Of a stretch of 32,234 nucleotides of DNA, positions 9,443-16,819 are shown piece after piece. Source of the stretch: an uncultured Enterobacterales bacterium. GTDB taxonomy: Bacteria; Myxococcota_A; UBA796; JAFGLY01. The notes beneath the pieces were generated by a model that searched no databases, was not told the origin of the DNA, and worked only from the letters and a program-made list of their open reading frames with translations. The position numbers and the translations under genes are program-made. How positions within the stretch are numbered: the stretch's first letter is position 1; the number at the start of each line of letters is the position of its first letter. The stretch is from contig CAZHIK010000005.1 of the NCBI GenBank assembly GCA_964532635.1, forward strand, positions 1-32,234, written 5' to 3'.

Positions 9443-10198
9443 TTACCAGTGGCGCTCGACCTGGGTCCGAGCCTTGTCGGGCCCCATCAAGGCCACCCTG
9501 CTGTCCGCCGCCAGACCGAGCAGAGAGTCTGCCTTCTCGTCCAGGGCCACGGTCGCGGCTGCCATGCGAGGCTGATGGGCCGTGAGCGCTGTCAGGAACC
9601 CATGCAGGTGGCCAATGAGCAGGTTCTTGTGGGCGAGAAAGGACTCCGGATCGGCCTCCCACGCCGCTGCCAGCTCGCTGGTGGCCAGGGTGAAGCGAGC
9701 GGCGTGCTCGGCCAGATTCTGAAGGGTGCCATGGATGGCCGCCAACAGATCCTCGACCCGCTCGCCGTCCTCGCTCTCGACGGCATCGGCGAGCCTGTCC
9801 AGATCGTCCTCGACCCGCGCGAGCACCAGCTTACGCAGCTCGGCCTCGCCAGGCTCGGCCTCGAGCACCTGGCCCACAGCTCGCCATGCCAGCCAGCCCA
9901 GCTCGGTCACCTGGTAGACCGACCGGCGCCGACGGTACTCGGCGATGGTGCGGACCCGGCGGTCATCCTGCAGCCGGTCGAGCAGCCCCCAGCCGTGGAG
10001 CTGATCGAGCCCGGCCAAGGCTTCGTCCTCGCTACCTGGGAGAGGATCGTCGCCGACGAGATCGGATGGAGCGAGCTGCAGTCGGCTGCGCTCACGCTCC
10101 TCGTCGAAGCGCGCCAGCATCGCCAGGTAGCGATGTCGGTGGTCGGCCTGCGTGTAGGCGAACAGGCGCAGCCTGGTGTCGTCCGTCGGGCGGGTCAT
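9443..10198 (-). CDS. jetA: Wadjet JetA, N-terminal half (TIGR02677/DUF2397 family), ended by an in-frame TAA at 9443-9445
   Basis: The N-terminus LRLFAYTQADHRHRYLAMLARFDEERERSRLQLAPSDLV fits the TIGR02677 N-terminal pattern. It is the first gene of the jetABCD operon. Confidence 0.8.
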   Translation of the reverse strand: MTRPTDDTRLRLFAYTQADHRHRYLAMLARFDEERERSRLQLAPSDLVGDDPLPGSEDEALAGLDQLHGWGLLDRLQDDRRVRTIAEYRRRRSVYQVTELGWLAWRAVGQVLEAEPGEAELRKLVLARVEDDLDRLADAVESEDGERVEDLLAAIHGTLQNLAEHAARFTLATSELAAAWEADPESFLAHKNLLIGHLHGFLTALTAHQPRMAAATVALDEKADSLLGLAADSRVALMGPDKARTQVERHW

Positions 10199-10312
10199 GG
10201 AGCATCAGGTAGCCCAGCGATGGGGGTGGCTCCATGTCGGGGAAGAACAACGAGGACAAGCAGCAAAGGGCCAGGAACACACCGGGCCTAACGGCAACTC
10301 CCGCCCGCACGG

Positions 10313-10349
10313 TTGAACATCCTGACAATACCGATTACTTTTTTGTCAG
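10313..10349 (+). promoter_or_regulatory. Putative promoter with overlapping operator for the AAA+/VWA cassette, in the divergent region shared with jetA
   Basis: TTGAAC (10313-10318), 17-nt spacer, TACTTT (10336-10341). The inverted repeat CTGACAA (10322-10328) / TTGTCAG (10343-10349) brackets the spacer and the -10 hexamer. AT-rich patch in a GC-rich genome. Confidence 0.35.
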
Positions 10350-10385
10350 CCCGTCCCACCTCACCGCTCTGCCAGGACCGCGACC

Positions 10386-11939
10386 ATGCTCGACCCCCTC
10401 GCCCTGCGGGGCGCGGCCACCGGTGCGCCCGACGCCAGCCGCGGCGCCGACGCCCAGGCACCTGCCCTCCACTTTCTCGCGCACATGGGCCTCCACGGCC
10501 TTGAGTCCCTGGAGCTGCCCCTCTCCATCCACGCCATCACCGGAGTCCCGTACTACCTCGTCGGTGATCGCGGTTCTGCAAAGTCCCGTGTCCTCGTCAG
10601 CTTCTACCGTTCCTTGAAGCTGAGCACTGGCGTCTACAACCTGGCCATGAGCACCCAGCTCGAGGATCTGGCGGGGTGGCCCAACGCCAAGGCCCTGGCC
10701 GAGGGCGAGTGGGCCTGGCAAGAGGCCCCCCATGTCATCTGGGGCAAGCAGGCCCTGGTCTTCGACGAGCTGCCGCGCGTTGTCCCCGGCCTGCAGGGCA
10801 AGCTTTTCGATGTCCTCCGGGACTTCTCGGTCATGGGCACGCCCATCGCGGGCCTGCAGCTCTGCTCCGCGACCGGGAATCCCCCCGGCCCCGGCTCGCA
10901 CCCGCTGGACGAGGCTTTGGTGGGCCGCTTCGGACTGCTGACCTTGATGCCGACCATCCAGGAGATGAGCCGCGTAGACCGCGAGCGCATCATCCGCTCC
11001 GTAGGCGAGAGCGACGCACCGCTGGCCAACGCCTTCCACAGCACGCCTCCCGACTACGACGAGGCCGGCGCCATCGCGCGAACCATCATCGACTCGGGAC
11101 GCGAGGAGCTGCCCGCGACCATCCGCGATCTGGGCCCCGCCGCCACCCGCTATGTCCTCGAGATCAGCGAGACCATCGAACAGGTCAGCCCCACCGGCTA
11201 CCTCGACGGCCGACGGCTCGGCATGGTGTGGCGCAACCTGATGACCGCCCTGGCCCTGGCTCGCCGCGGCTATCGCTGGCACGACGACGACTACCAGCTC
11301 GTCTTTCGGGTGCTCTGCCTCTCGCTGCCCTGGGTGGCGAGCGAACCGACTGTGGACTTCACGCGCCTGGCAGGCACCCACGCCGCGGCCTGGCGCGTGG
11401 CCTTCGGTGGCGCCCAGGCGCGCGACCTGGGGCTGCGCGTTCCCGACGCCGGAGAAGAGGATCTCGGCGCGCTGATCGACCGCTACGCCGAGCGCGCAGC
11501 AGACATGAGCGAGGACGAACACGGCTACCTGCTGGGCCAGGTCTTCGGACGTGCCGGGGCCGATGACACCGAACGACGCGTGGGAGCCATGGCCGAGGGA
11601 CTGCGCGTCGTGCGCTCGCTGCTGGGCCGCGAGGACGTACCCGCCGCAGTGGTGGCTCGGGCCCTGTCCTGGGCCGATCGGGTGGCAGGCATCGGTTCCC
11701 GCAGCGAGACCATGGCGATCGAGGAGCTGCTGTACACCCTGAACACCTACCAGCACGTCGTCGGCCCGCGAGATGCCCTGGCCCTGCGCCTGGCGTTGGA
11801 GGCGAGCCGCAAGGGCCATCCCGGCAGCGACACCCCCTTCGAGGCCCCGAAGGCACAGGCCGCGTTCACGCGGGCGGCCAAGGAAGCCTACCGGCTGCTC
11901 GAGACCGAGCAGCAGCACGCCCAGGATGAGGAGGAGTAG
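10386..11939 (+). CDS. RavA/MoxR-like AAA+ ATPase
   Basis: Walker A YLVGDRGSAKSRVL (compare the E. coli RavA GPPGIAKS variant). Walker B ALVFDELPRV. The downstream stretch GLQLCSATGNPPGPGSHPLDEALVGRFGLLTLM parallels RavA LLVAASNELPE..LEALYDRMLIRL. LDGRRLGMVWRNL parallels RavA SDRRWKK. The antisense 559-aa ORF is junk composition. Confidence 0.75.
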   Translation: MLDPLALRGAATGAPDASRGADAQAPALHFLAHMGLHGLESLELPLSIHAITGVPYYLVGDRGSAKSRVLVSFYRSLKLSTGVYNLAMSTQLEDLAGWPNAKALAEGEWAWQEAPHVIWGKQALVFDELPRVVPGLQGKLFDVLRDFSVMGTPIAGLQLCSATGNPPGPGSHPLDEALVGRFGLLTLMPTIQEMSRVDRERIIRSVGESDAPLANAFHSTPPDYDEAGAIARTIIDSGREELPATIRDLGPAATRYVLEISETIEQVSPTGYLDGRRLGMVWRNLMTALALARRGYRWHDDDYQLVFRVLCLSLPWVASEPTVDFTRLAGTHAAAWRVAFGGAQARDLGLRVPDAGEEDLGALIDRYAERAADMSEDEHGYLLGQVFGRAGADDTERRVGAMAEGLRVVRSLLGREDVPAAVVARALSWADRVAGIGSRSETMAIEELLYTLNTYQHVVGPRDALALRLALEASRKGHPGSDTPFEAPKAQAAFTRAAKEAYRLLETEQQHAQDEEE

Positions 11940-11941
11940 CC

Positions 11942-13021
11942 ATGGCCCGCATCCGAGGACTCGAAGTCCACGACGTATGGGAAGGTGTCCAGGTCTGGCG
12001 CCTGGGTGTCGCACAGATGCCGGTGGACGAGGCGCTGGAGAAGGATCTGATCTCCTTGGAAGGCTCGGTCGAGCTCAACCGTGGTCGCCGGTCGCCCTGG
12101 GGCCGTCGCGGGGTTCGCAGCCTGAAGCCAGCCACCCTCGACCTGGAGGGCTTCGGTCGCCTCAAGGGCCTGGTGGTCTCCAGGAGCGCGACCCGCTTGA
12201 CCCAGTACCTGCTACGGGCCGCCCGTCCCACCAAGGGCACGGTGCTGGCCACCTGGCTGCAGGGCCGCCCCTTCGACGAGGCCAGCATGGCCGAGCTGGG
12301 CGAGCTGCTGGAGCGGGCCTGGCTGATGGGCCAGGAGGTCGAGGGCATGCCTCTGGGCCGCAAGCTCCCCAATGGGGGCATGGCGCTGCTGCCGGAGGGC
12401 ACCGACATCCGGCTCGTGCGCGTCACCATCGGTGAACGCGACTGGTGGATGGACCGCATCCACCGCACCGGGGTGGTCTCGGCAGCCGTGGTGGATCGCT
12501 ACCTCACGCTCGGCCGGCACCGGGTTCCCCAGCCGCTGCACCTGCGCCGCAATCCGCCTGGCACCTGGTACGGCTGGTACGACGGATCGCAGGCGGGCTA
12601 CGCCCCATCGATCGAGGCCATCCCGGCGCGACTGCTCGACCGCGTGGAGGCCCAGGGCTGGATGCGAGCCACCACCGAGCCTCTGCGTCCCCTGGCCGAT
12701 CTCGACGTGCGCTTCCTGCTGCGGCGCCCGAGCCTCGACGATCGTCCTCGCAGGCCCGCAGCGGCGGTTCCAGCGGCCTGCACCAAGCCGGCCATCCTCA
12801 TCCCCACCACAGAGCCCGTGCCGCTGGTGGACCACGAAGGCCGCCCCCTGGACCTCCCGATGATCACCGAGCCCGCAGAAGCCCTCGCTGTGCTGGGTCG
12901 GGCGTACAACGGCCGCATCTTCGTGCCCCACGCGCACTGCCTCGATCCCTTCGACGTAAGCTGCCGCGCGGGTCGAGCCGAGTGGTTGATGGGAGTGCTT
13001 CCCCGCTGCCTGGCCGCCTGA
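11942..13021 (+). CDS. Hypothetical protein, middle gene of the AAA+/VWA cassette, no recognisable domain
   Basis: Its ATG lies 2 nt after the ATPase stop codon. Its TGA overlaps the ATG of the next gene (TGATG at 13019-13023). Amino-acid composition is normal (W/Y/D/E present). I recognise no motif. Confidence 0.65.
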   Translation: MARIRGLEVHDVWEGVQVWRLGVAQMPVDEALEKDLISLEGSVELNRGRRSPWGRRGVRSLKPATLDLEGFGRLKGLVVSRSATRLTQYLLRAARPTKGTVLATWLQGRPFDEASMAELGELLERAWLMGQEVEGMPLGRKLPNGGMALLPEGTDIRLVRVTIGERDWWMDRIHRTGVVSAAVVDRYLTLGRHRVPQPLHLRRNPPGTWYGWYDGSQAGYAPSIEAIPARLLDRVEAQGWMRATTEPLRPLADLDVRFLLRRPSLDDRPRRPAAAVPAACTKPAILIPTTEPVPLVDHEGRPLDLPMITEPAEALAVLGRAYNGRIFVPHAHCLDPFDVSCRAGRAEWLMGVLPRCLAA

Positions 13022-14448
13022 TGGACGTCCACCAACTCCTGGAGGCCGCCCTCTCGGCGCCCGTGGACGAGGATGCCCAGGGCCCCTTGGGGGTGGTGAT
13101 GGAGGTGCTGGCCCGCAGCGTCGTTCGGTCCGACCCAGATACCGCCACGCTGAGCATCACCCTCGGCAACCGACAGTGCATCCTACGCGTGAACGAGGAC
13201 TTCATCACCCGAGAGGTCCAGGACAGGATCGACGCACTGTTCGTCGCCGCGCACGAGACCCAGCATGTCATCTGCGACCACGGCAGCATCCCGCGCGTCC
13301 CCGGCGTCCCGGACGCGGTGATCAACGTCGGCATGGACCTCCAGGTCAACAGCAACATCCTGCGCGGGCTGATCGAACCGACGCCCGGCATCCTCGGACG
13401 CCTGTACCGCCACGATCGCTTCCCCGAGCTCCTGCTCCGCCCCCCGACGGACGTCATCGACCAGCTGGCGGCCGAGGATCCCGAGGCGAAGGTCTTCGCG
13501 GGTCGCACCTTGCGGCGGCTCGCAGCGGAGATCAACAGGTGCGGCATCACGCGCGCCCGGGTCGAGTCCGTCCTCCAAGCCCACTTCGCCCGCCTACCGG
13601 GCGTAGACCGCCCCGAGGCCTTCGTCCGTGCCTACCTGGACGGCTGGTGTCAGGCTCAGGAGGCTCGCTCCTGGCTGTTGCGCTTCATCCGCCTGCTGGG
13701 TCGCGACCAGCACCACGCGGGCTGGCGGCTCGTCCCCGTGATCGGCGACCACTCCCGGCGAGACCGCGCCAAGAGCAACCGCTGGTCTCGAGCGTGGGGC
13801 TGGAGCCGCAGCCGGCACCAGGACAACCTGGACCTGGACCCGGAGCCCGCCCCCGCGAAGCTGATGGAGCGCTTCCGCGCGGCAGCCCAGCGAGCGCTCC
13901 AGCCCTGGCTGGAGGACGGCGAGCCGCCACCGCCTGTCCAGGACCGAAACATCGTCCCGTCCCCCGGTCGTCGGGAGCAGATCCTGCGCGCCGCAGGCAT
14001 CACCCCCATCGTCTACGAGCATCGCCGCACACCGCCCATCGAGCCGAAGTTGATGGTCCACCTGTACCTGGACGTGTCGGGCTCCATGTCCGCCGAGCGC
14101 AACTGGTACGGCAGCCTGGTCCGCGTGCTCGGAGAGCAGCTGGCTGAACCCGTGTGGGTCTGGAGCACCCAGGTCCGCGAGGCAAGCCGAGCCGACGTGA
14201 TGAACGGCACGATGCCCACCGATGGCGGCACTCGCATCGAGCCTGTGGTCGAGCACGCTATCGCCAAGGGCTTTCGTCGTGTTCTGGTGCTCAGCGACGG
14301 GGAGTTCGGATTCGAGACCGGTCTGCTCTCCGATCGCGTGAGGGAGGCCGGGCTGGAGGTGGTGTTCCTTCTACTCCGCGGACGCGGGAGCAGGGTGCAG
14401 TGCAGCCGCTTGGAGGGATTTGCGGTGGAGGTGATGGAGTTCGATTGA
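13021..14448 (+). CDS. Putative metallopeptidase-domain / VWA-domain protein (DUF2201_N plus VWA-like, ViaA-analogous partner of the ATPase)
   Basis: HExxH in FVAAHETQHVICDHGS, followed by INVGMDLQVNSNIL (the DUF2201_N pattern HE..H....H ... N.a.D..vN). The C-terminal VWA MIDAS motif is VHLYLDVSGSMS, with a later VLVLSDGEF. The real start is the ATG at 13021; the track ORF start at 12445 is an off-frame extension over the preceding gene. Confidence 0.75.
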   Translation: MDVHQLLEAALSAPVDEDAQGPLGVVMEVLARSVVRSDPDTATLSITLGNRQCILRVNEDFITREVQDRIDALFVAAHETQHVICDHGSIPRVPGVPDAVINVGMDLQVNSNILRGLIEPTPGILGRLYRHDRFPELLLRPPTDVIDQLAAEDPEAKVFAGRTLRRLAAEINRCGITRARVESVLQAHFARLPGVDRPEAFVRAYLDGWCQAQEARSWLLRFIRLLGRDQHHAGWRLVPVIGDHSRRDRAKSNRWSRAWGWSRSRHQDNLDLDPEPAPAKLMERFRAAAQRALQPWLEDGEPPPPVQDRNIVPSPGRREQILRAAGITPIVYEHRRTPPIEPKLMVHLYLDVSGSMSAERNWYGSLVRVLGEQLAEPVWVWSTQVREASRADVMNGTMPTDGGTRIEPVVEHAIAKGFRRVLVLSDGEFGFETGLLSDRVREAGLEVVFLLLRGRGSRVQCSRLEGFAVEVMEFD

Positions 14449-14507
14449 GGAGGCCGGCATGGCGGACGGTCCGAGCGCGGTGCCCTCTGTCCCCGCCAGC
14501 CATCGAT

Positions 14508-15347
14508 TCAGTCGTCCAGTCCCCAGCCGTCGAAGAGCTTCTTCTTCGCAGGAGGCTCTGTCGGAGGCTCACCCTCGGTAGGGGCGGCTGGCTGGGGCGG
14601 CATCGCGGCGGCCTTCACCAACTTGGCGCCCATTCGCACGAGACCCTTAATCTCCTCCTCTTGCGCCTGCTGATCCGCGGGCGGGGGCGCGGTGGGCGGC
14701 GGAAAGTCGATGCTCCTGGCGACCTCGAGGGCCGACGCGGCCGCTCCCACGACGCCAGGCTGGTACATCATCATCGCCACCATGGTTTCTTCCTTGTGCC
14801 GCATCTCCTGCGCGCGAATCCGGGCCAACTCCACCTGTTCGCGGGAGCCGAGCGGCCTGGGCCGCGGGATGCCCACTGCCACGGTCACCCTGCCCTGCGT
14901 GAGCAGCTTCTGTTGAAGCGCAGCTTCGGCGTGGATGATGATGGAGCCCTGATGGGGTCGCGGGAGCCTGGACAAGCGATCGCGCGCCAGCCGCTCGAAG
15001 CTGCTGCAGCCCAGATCGGCGCGGTTGGGGTCCACGGTCCAGTGCTCGTTCGCCGCGATGCTCCCGGAGCCGTCGATGGCATGAAGCCGGTAGGAGATGG
15101 GAGAGAGGCGCGCTGGCCAGCCCTGTGGCGGCTGCGCCGCGAGGACGAGCTGAACGGCCAGCTCGTCGCCCTGTTCTGGGGGACCGCCGGCCCAGCCGTG
15201 CAGCCTGGCCAGCCCCGCGAGCGCTTCGTGATGGAGCGGCACGAGATCCCGGGCGAGCTCCTCCCGCACATCGAGCCACCGATCCCCCCGGTACTGGCGC
15301 AGGGGAGATGGGAAGGTGGGAGATCCGGATGAGTAGGAAGGCGGCAT
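14508..15347 (-). CDS. Hypothetical protein with a Pro-rich C-terminal tail ending KKKLFDGWGLDD
   Basis: It is the only frame here with protein-like composition; the overlapping 392-aa (+) and 245-aa (-) ORFs are Arg/Gly junk. It is divergent from the regulator gene across an AT-rich 76-bp spacer. No domain recognised. Confidence 0.55.
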   Translation of the reverse strand: MPPSYSSGSPTFPSPLRQYRGDRWLDVREELARDLVPLHHEALAGLARLHGWAGGPPEQGDELAVQLVLAAQPPQGWPARLSPISYRLHAIDGSGSIAANEHWTVDPNRADLGCSSFERLARDRLSRLPRPHQGSIIIHAEAALQQKLLTQGRVTVAVGIPRPRPLGSREQVELARIRAQEMRHKEETMVAMMMYQPGVVGAAASALEVARSIDFPPPTAPPPADQQAQEEEIKGLVRMGAKLVKAAAMPPQPAAPTEGEPPTEPPAKKKLFDGWGLDD

Positions 15348-15423
15348 GTTTTCGAAGAAACGGTCTAATTCGCTGTCTTAGCATAATATCTCATGTAAGC
15401 TGTCGATTGTCACCGAGGATCTC

Positions 15424-16761
15424 ATGGCAGCCATCGATCCCTTTCAGGTCATCTTGGGACTTCGAAGGCAGGAACAGCCTGGCATCGCTGTGCTCGCCGT
15501 ACCTGGCATGGGACTGACCGACTCTACCCTGCTCACCGCGAAGCTACTGGAGCGCGGTCCTCCCGCCATCGGGTTCATGGGCCTCGACCCAGGCCGTCAC
15601 TGGTACCCCTTCACACTGGATCCTGGCCTGGCGCCCACTGTCCAGGCCTGCGAGATCGAGCTGGACGGAGCCATGCTGCGGGTCGTGCCCAGCGCCAACC
15701 CACGGGACCCATGGGTCGCGCTGGTCCTGGAGTCAGCCGAGCCCGATGGATGCGAGGGCGAGATCGTCGACTACGACCAAACGCAGGGGCTCGCGGACGC
15801 GAGTCGCCTGGCCCTGGAAGGCACTGGCATCCAGCATCTGCACACAGGCCTGCTGCGCCGAGCCGGGCTGGAGGGCGCGCCGGCCCTTCGGGCGGCAGGG
15901 GTGGTGGGCGACCAGGGCGAGCTGACCCTCGGCGCCCTGCTCTGCCTCGTGCGAGGCACCTTCCCCGCCGTGCCTCCCTGTTGGACCATCGTGGTCGAGC
16001 GGTACCACGCGGACCCGCGGACCGTCGTCAGACACGACCTCGAACCTGTCGAGAGAAGGACACTGGAACCGCCGCTGCCCATCGCCATCGACGCCATCGT
16101 GGACGACCTGTCGGTGGAGCAGCCCTTCCTCCATCGGGACAGTAGCTACGCCGCCCACGCTCTCCGGGAGATCCTGGTCAACGCGGTCACGCACCGTCAC
16201 TACCCAGGCAAGGAGGACGAGCCGGTCAAGGTGTCCTGTCACCCCGACCGCATCGTCGTCACCAGCCCCGGCGCATGGGCGGGCCCCGAGGACGAGCAGG
16301 CTGACCCCACGTCCGATCCATCGGCCCGCATCCCCAACCCTGGCCTGCACGCCCTCATGGCCCGCCTTGGCCTGTGCCGACAGCAGGGCATGGGCCTGGA
16401 GAGAGCCAGGCTTCACGCGCGGGCCATCGGGATGCGATTGGAGATCGAGCGACGGGGTCTTGCCGTGCGCGCCAGCTTGATCGTCGATCGCCAGCTGAGC
16501 CTGGAGCTGGACACGCCTGGCGCGGAGCGTCAGAGCAAGACGAGAGGATCGGCAGCCGCGGTCAGAGAGGAGCGCCTGGTGGAGTACCTGCGCAGACGGG
16601 AGTCGGCGTCGAAGAAGGAGATCGCCGAAGCCTTGGGGATTCCGGAACCAACGGTCGCGGTCACGCTCAAGGAGTTGAGGGACAAGGGCCGGGTGATGAC
16701 GACCGAGCGGGCAGCGCGCTCACCGCGGCAGCGGTACCGGGTGGTGAAGGACCGGGCCTAA
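15424..16761 (+). CDS. Putative transcriptional regulator: HATPase_c_4-like domain ('RecG C-terminal-like', as found in AlbA_2/Schlafen-type regulators) plus a C-terminal winged HTH
   Basis: ALREILVNAVTHRHYPGKEDEPVKVSCHPDRIVVTSPG ... IPNPGLHALMARLGLCRQQGMGLERA fits the HATPase_c_4 pattern. The C-terminus ERLVEYLRRRESASKKEIAEALGIPEPTVAVTLKELRDKGRV is a MarR/wHTH-like motif. The N-terminal ~230 aa are unassigned. Confidence 0.6.
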   Translation: MAAIDPFQVILGLRRQEQPGIAVLAVPGMGLTDSTLLTAKLLERGPPAIGFMGLDPGRHWYPFTLDPGLAPTVQACEIELDGAMLRVVPSANPRDPWVALVLESAEPDGCEGEIVDYDQTQGLADASRLALEGTGIQHLHTGLLRRAGLEGAPALRAAGVVGDQGELTLGALLCLVRGTFPAVPPCWTIVVERYHADPRTVVRHDLEPVERRTLEPPLPIAIDAIVDDLSVEQPFLHRDSSYAAHALREILVNAVTHRHYPGKEDEPVKVSCHPDRIVVTSPGAWAGPEDEQADPTSDPSARIPNPGLHALMARLGLCRQQGMGLERARLHARAIGMRLEIERRGLAVRASLIVDRQLSLELDTPGAERQSKTRGSAAAVREERLVEYLRRRESASKKEIAEALGIPEPTVAVTLKELRDKGRVMTTERAARSPRQRYRVVKDRA

Positions 16762-16819
16762 ACCGTCGTGGATGCGCGTCCTGTTCAGCGGGAGGCGCTG
16801 ATCGACAGGGCGATCGTTC

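Noticed and set aside
10196-10236. Inverted repeat CATGGAGC / GCTCCATG (25-nt loop) that could sequester the jetA start codon; the related 14-bp palindrome GATGGAGCTCCATC lies at 20966-20979 upstream of the HTH gene
   Set aside because: The shared ATGGAGC half-site is GC-rich enough to occur several times by chance in 32 kb. The stem is short relative to the loop. I keep it as a note only.
8774-10291. 505-aa plus-strand ORF opposite jetA, with similar long ORFs opposite jetC and jetB (3518..4285, 5014..6036, 5421..6641, 6416..7585)
   Set aside because: All are antisense to genes with strong family signatures and have junk-like composition. This is typical of high-GC genomes.
10335-12014. 559-aa minus-strand ORF opposite the AAA+ ATPase gene
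   Set aside because: Its composition is Arg/Gly/Leu/Ala-rich with no motifs, while the plus strand carries Walker A/B and RavA-like blocks. It is an antisense artefact.
14449-14507. Convergent intergenic gap after the VWA gene, checked for a bidirectional terminator
   Set aside because: I found no convincing stem-loop or T-tract by eye.
15348-15423. AT-rich divergent spacer, checked for clear -35/-10 pairs and palindromes
   Set aside because: CATAAT and TAATAT hexamers are present, but no properly spaced -35 and no real palindrome. Only the TGACAAT half-site (15406-15412) seemed worth reporting, and it is covered in the shared-motif finding.
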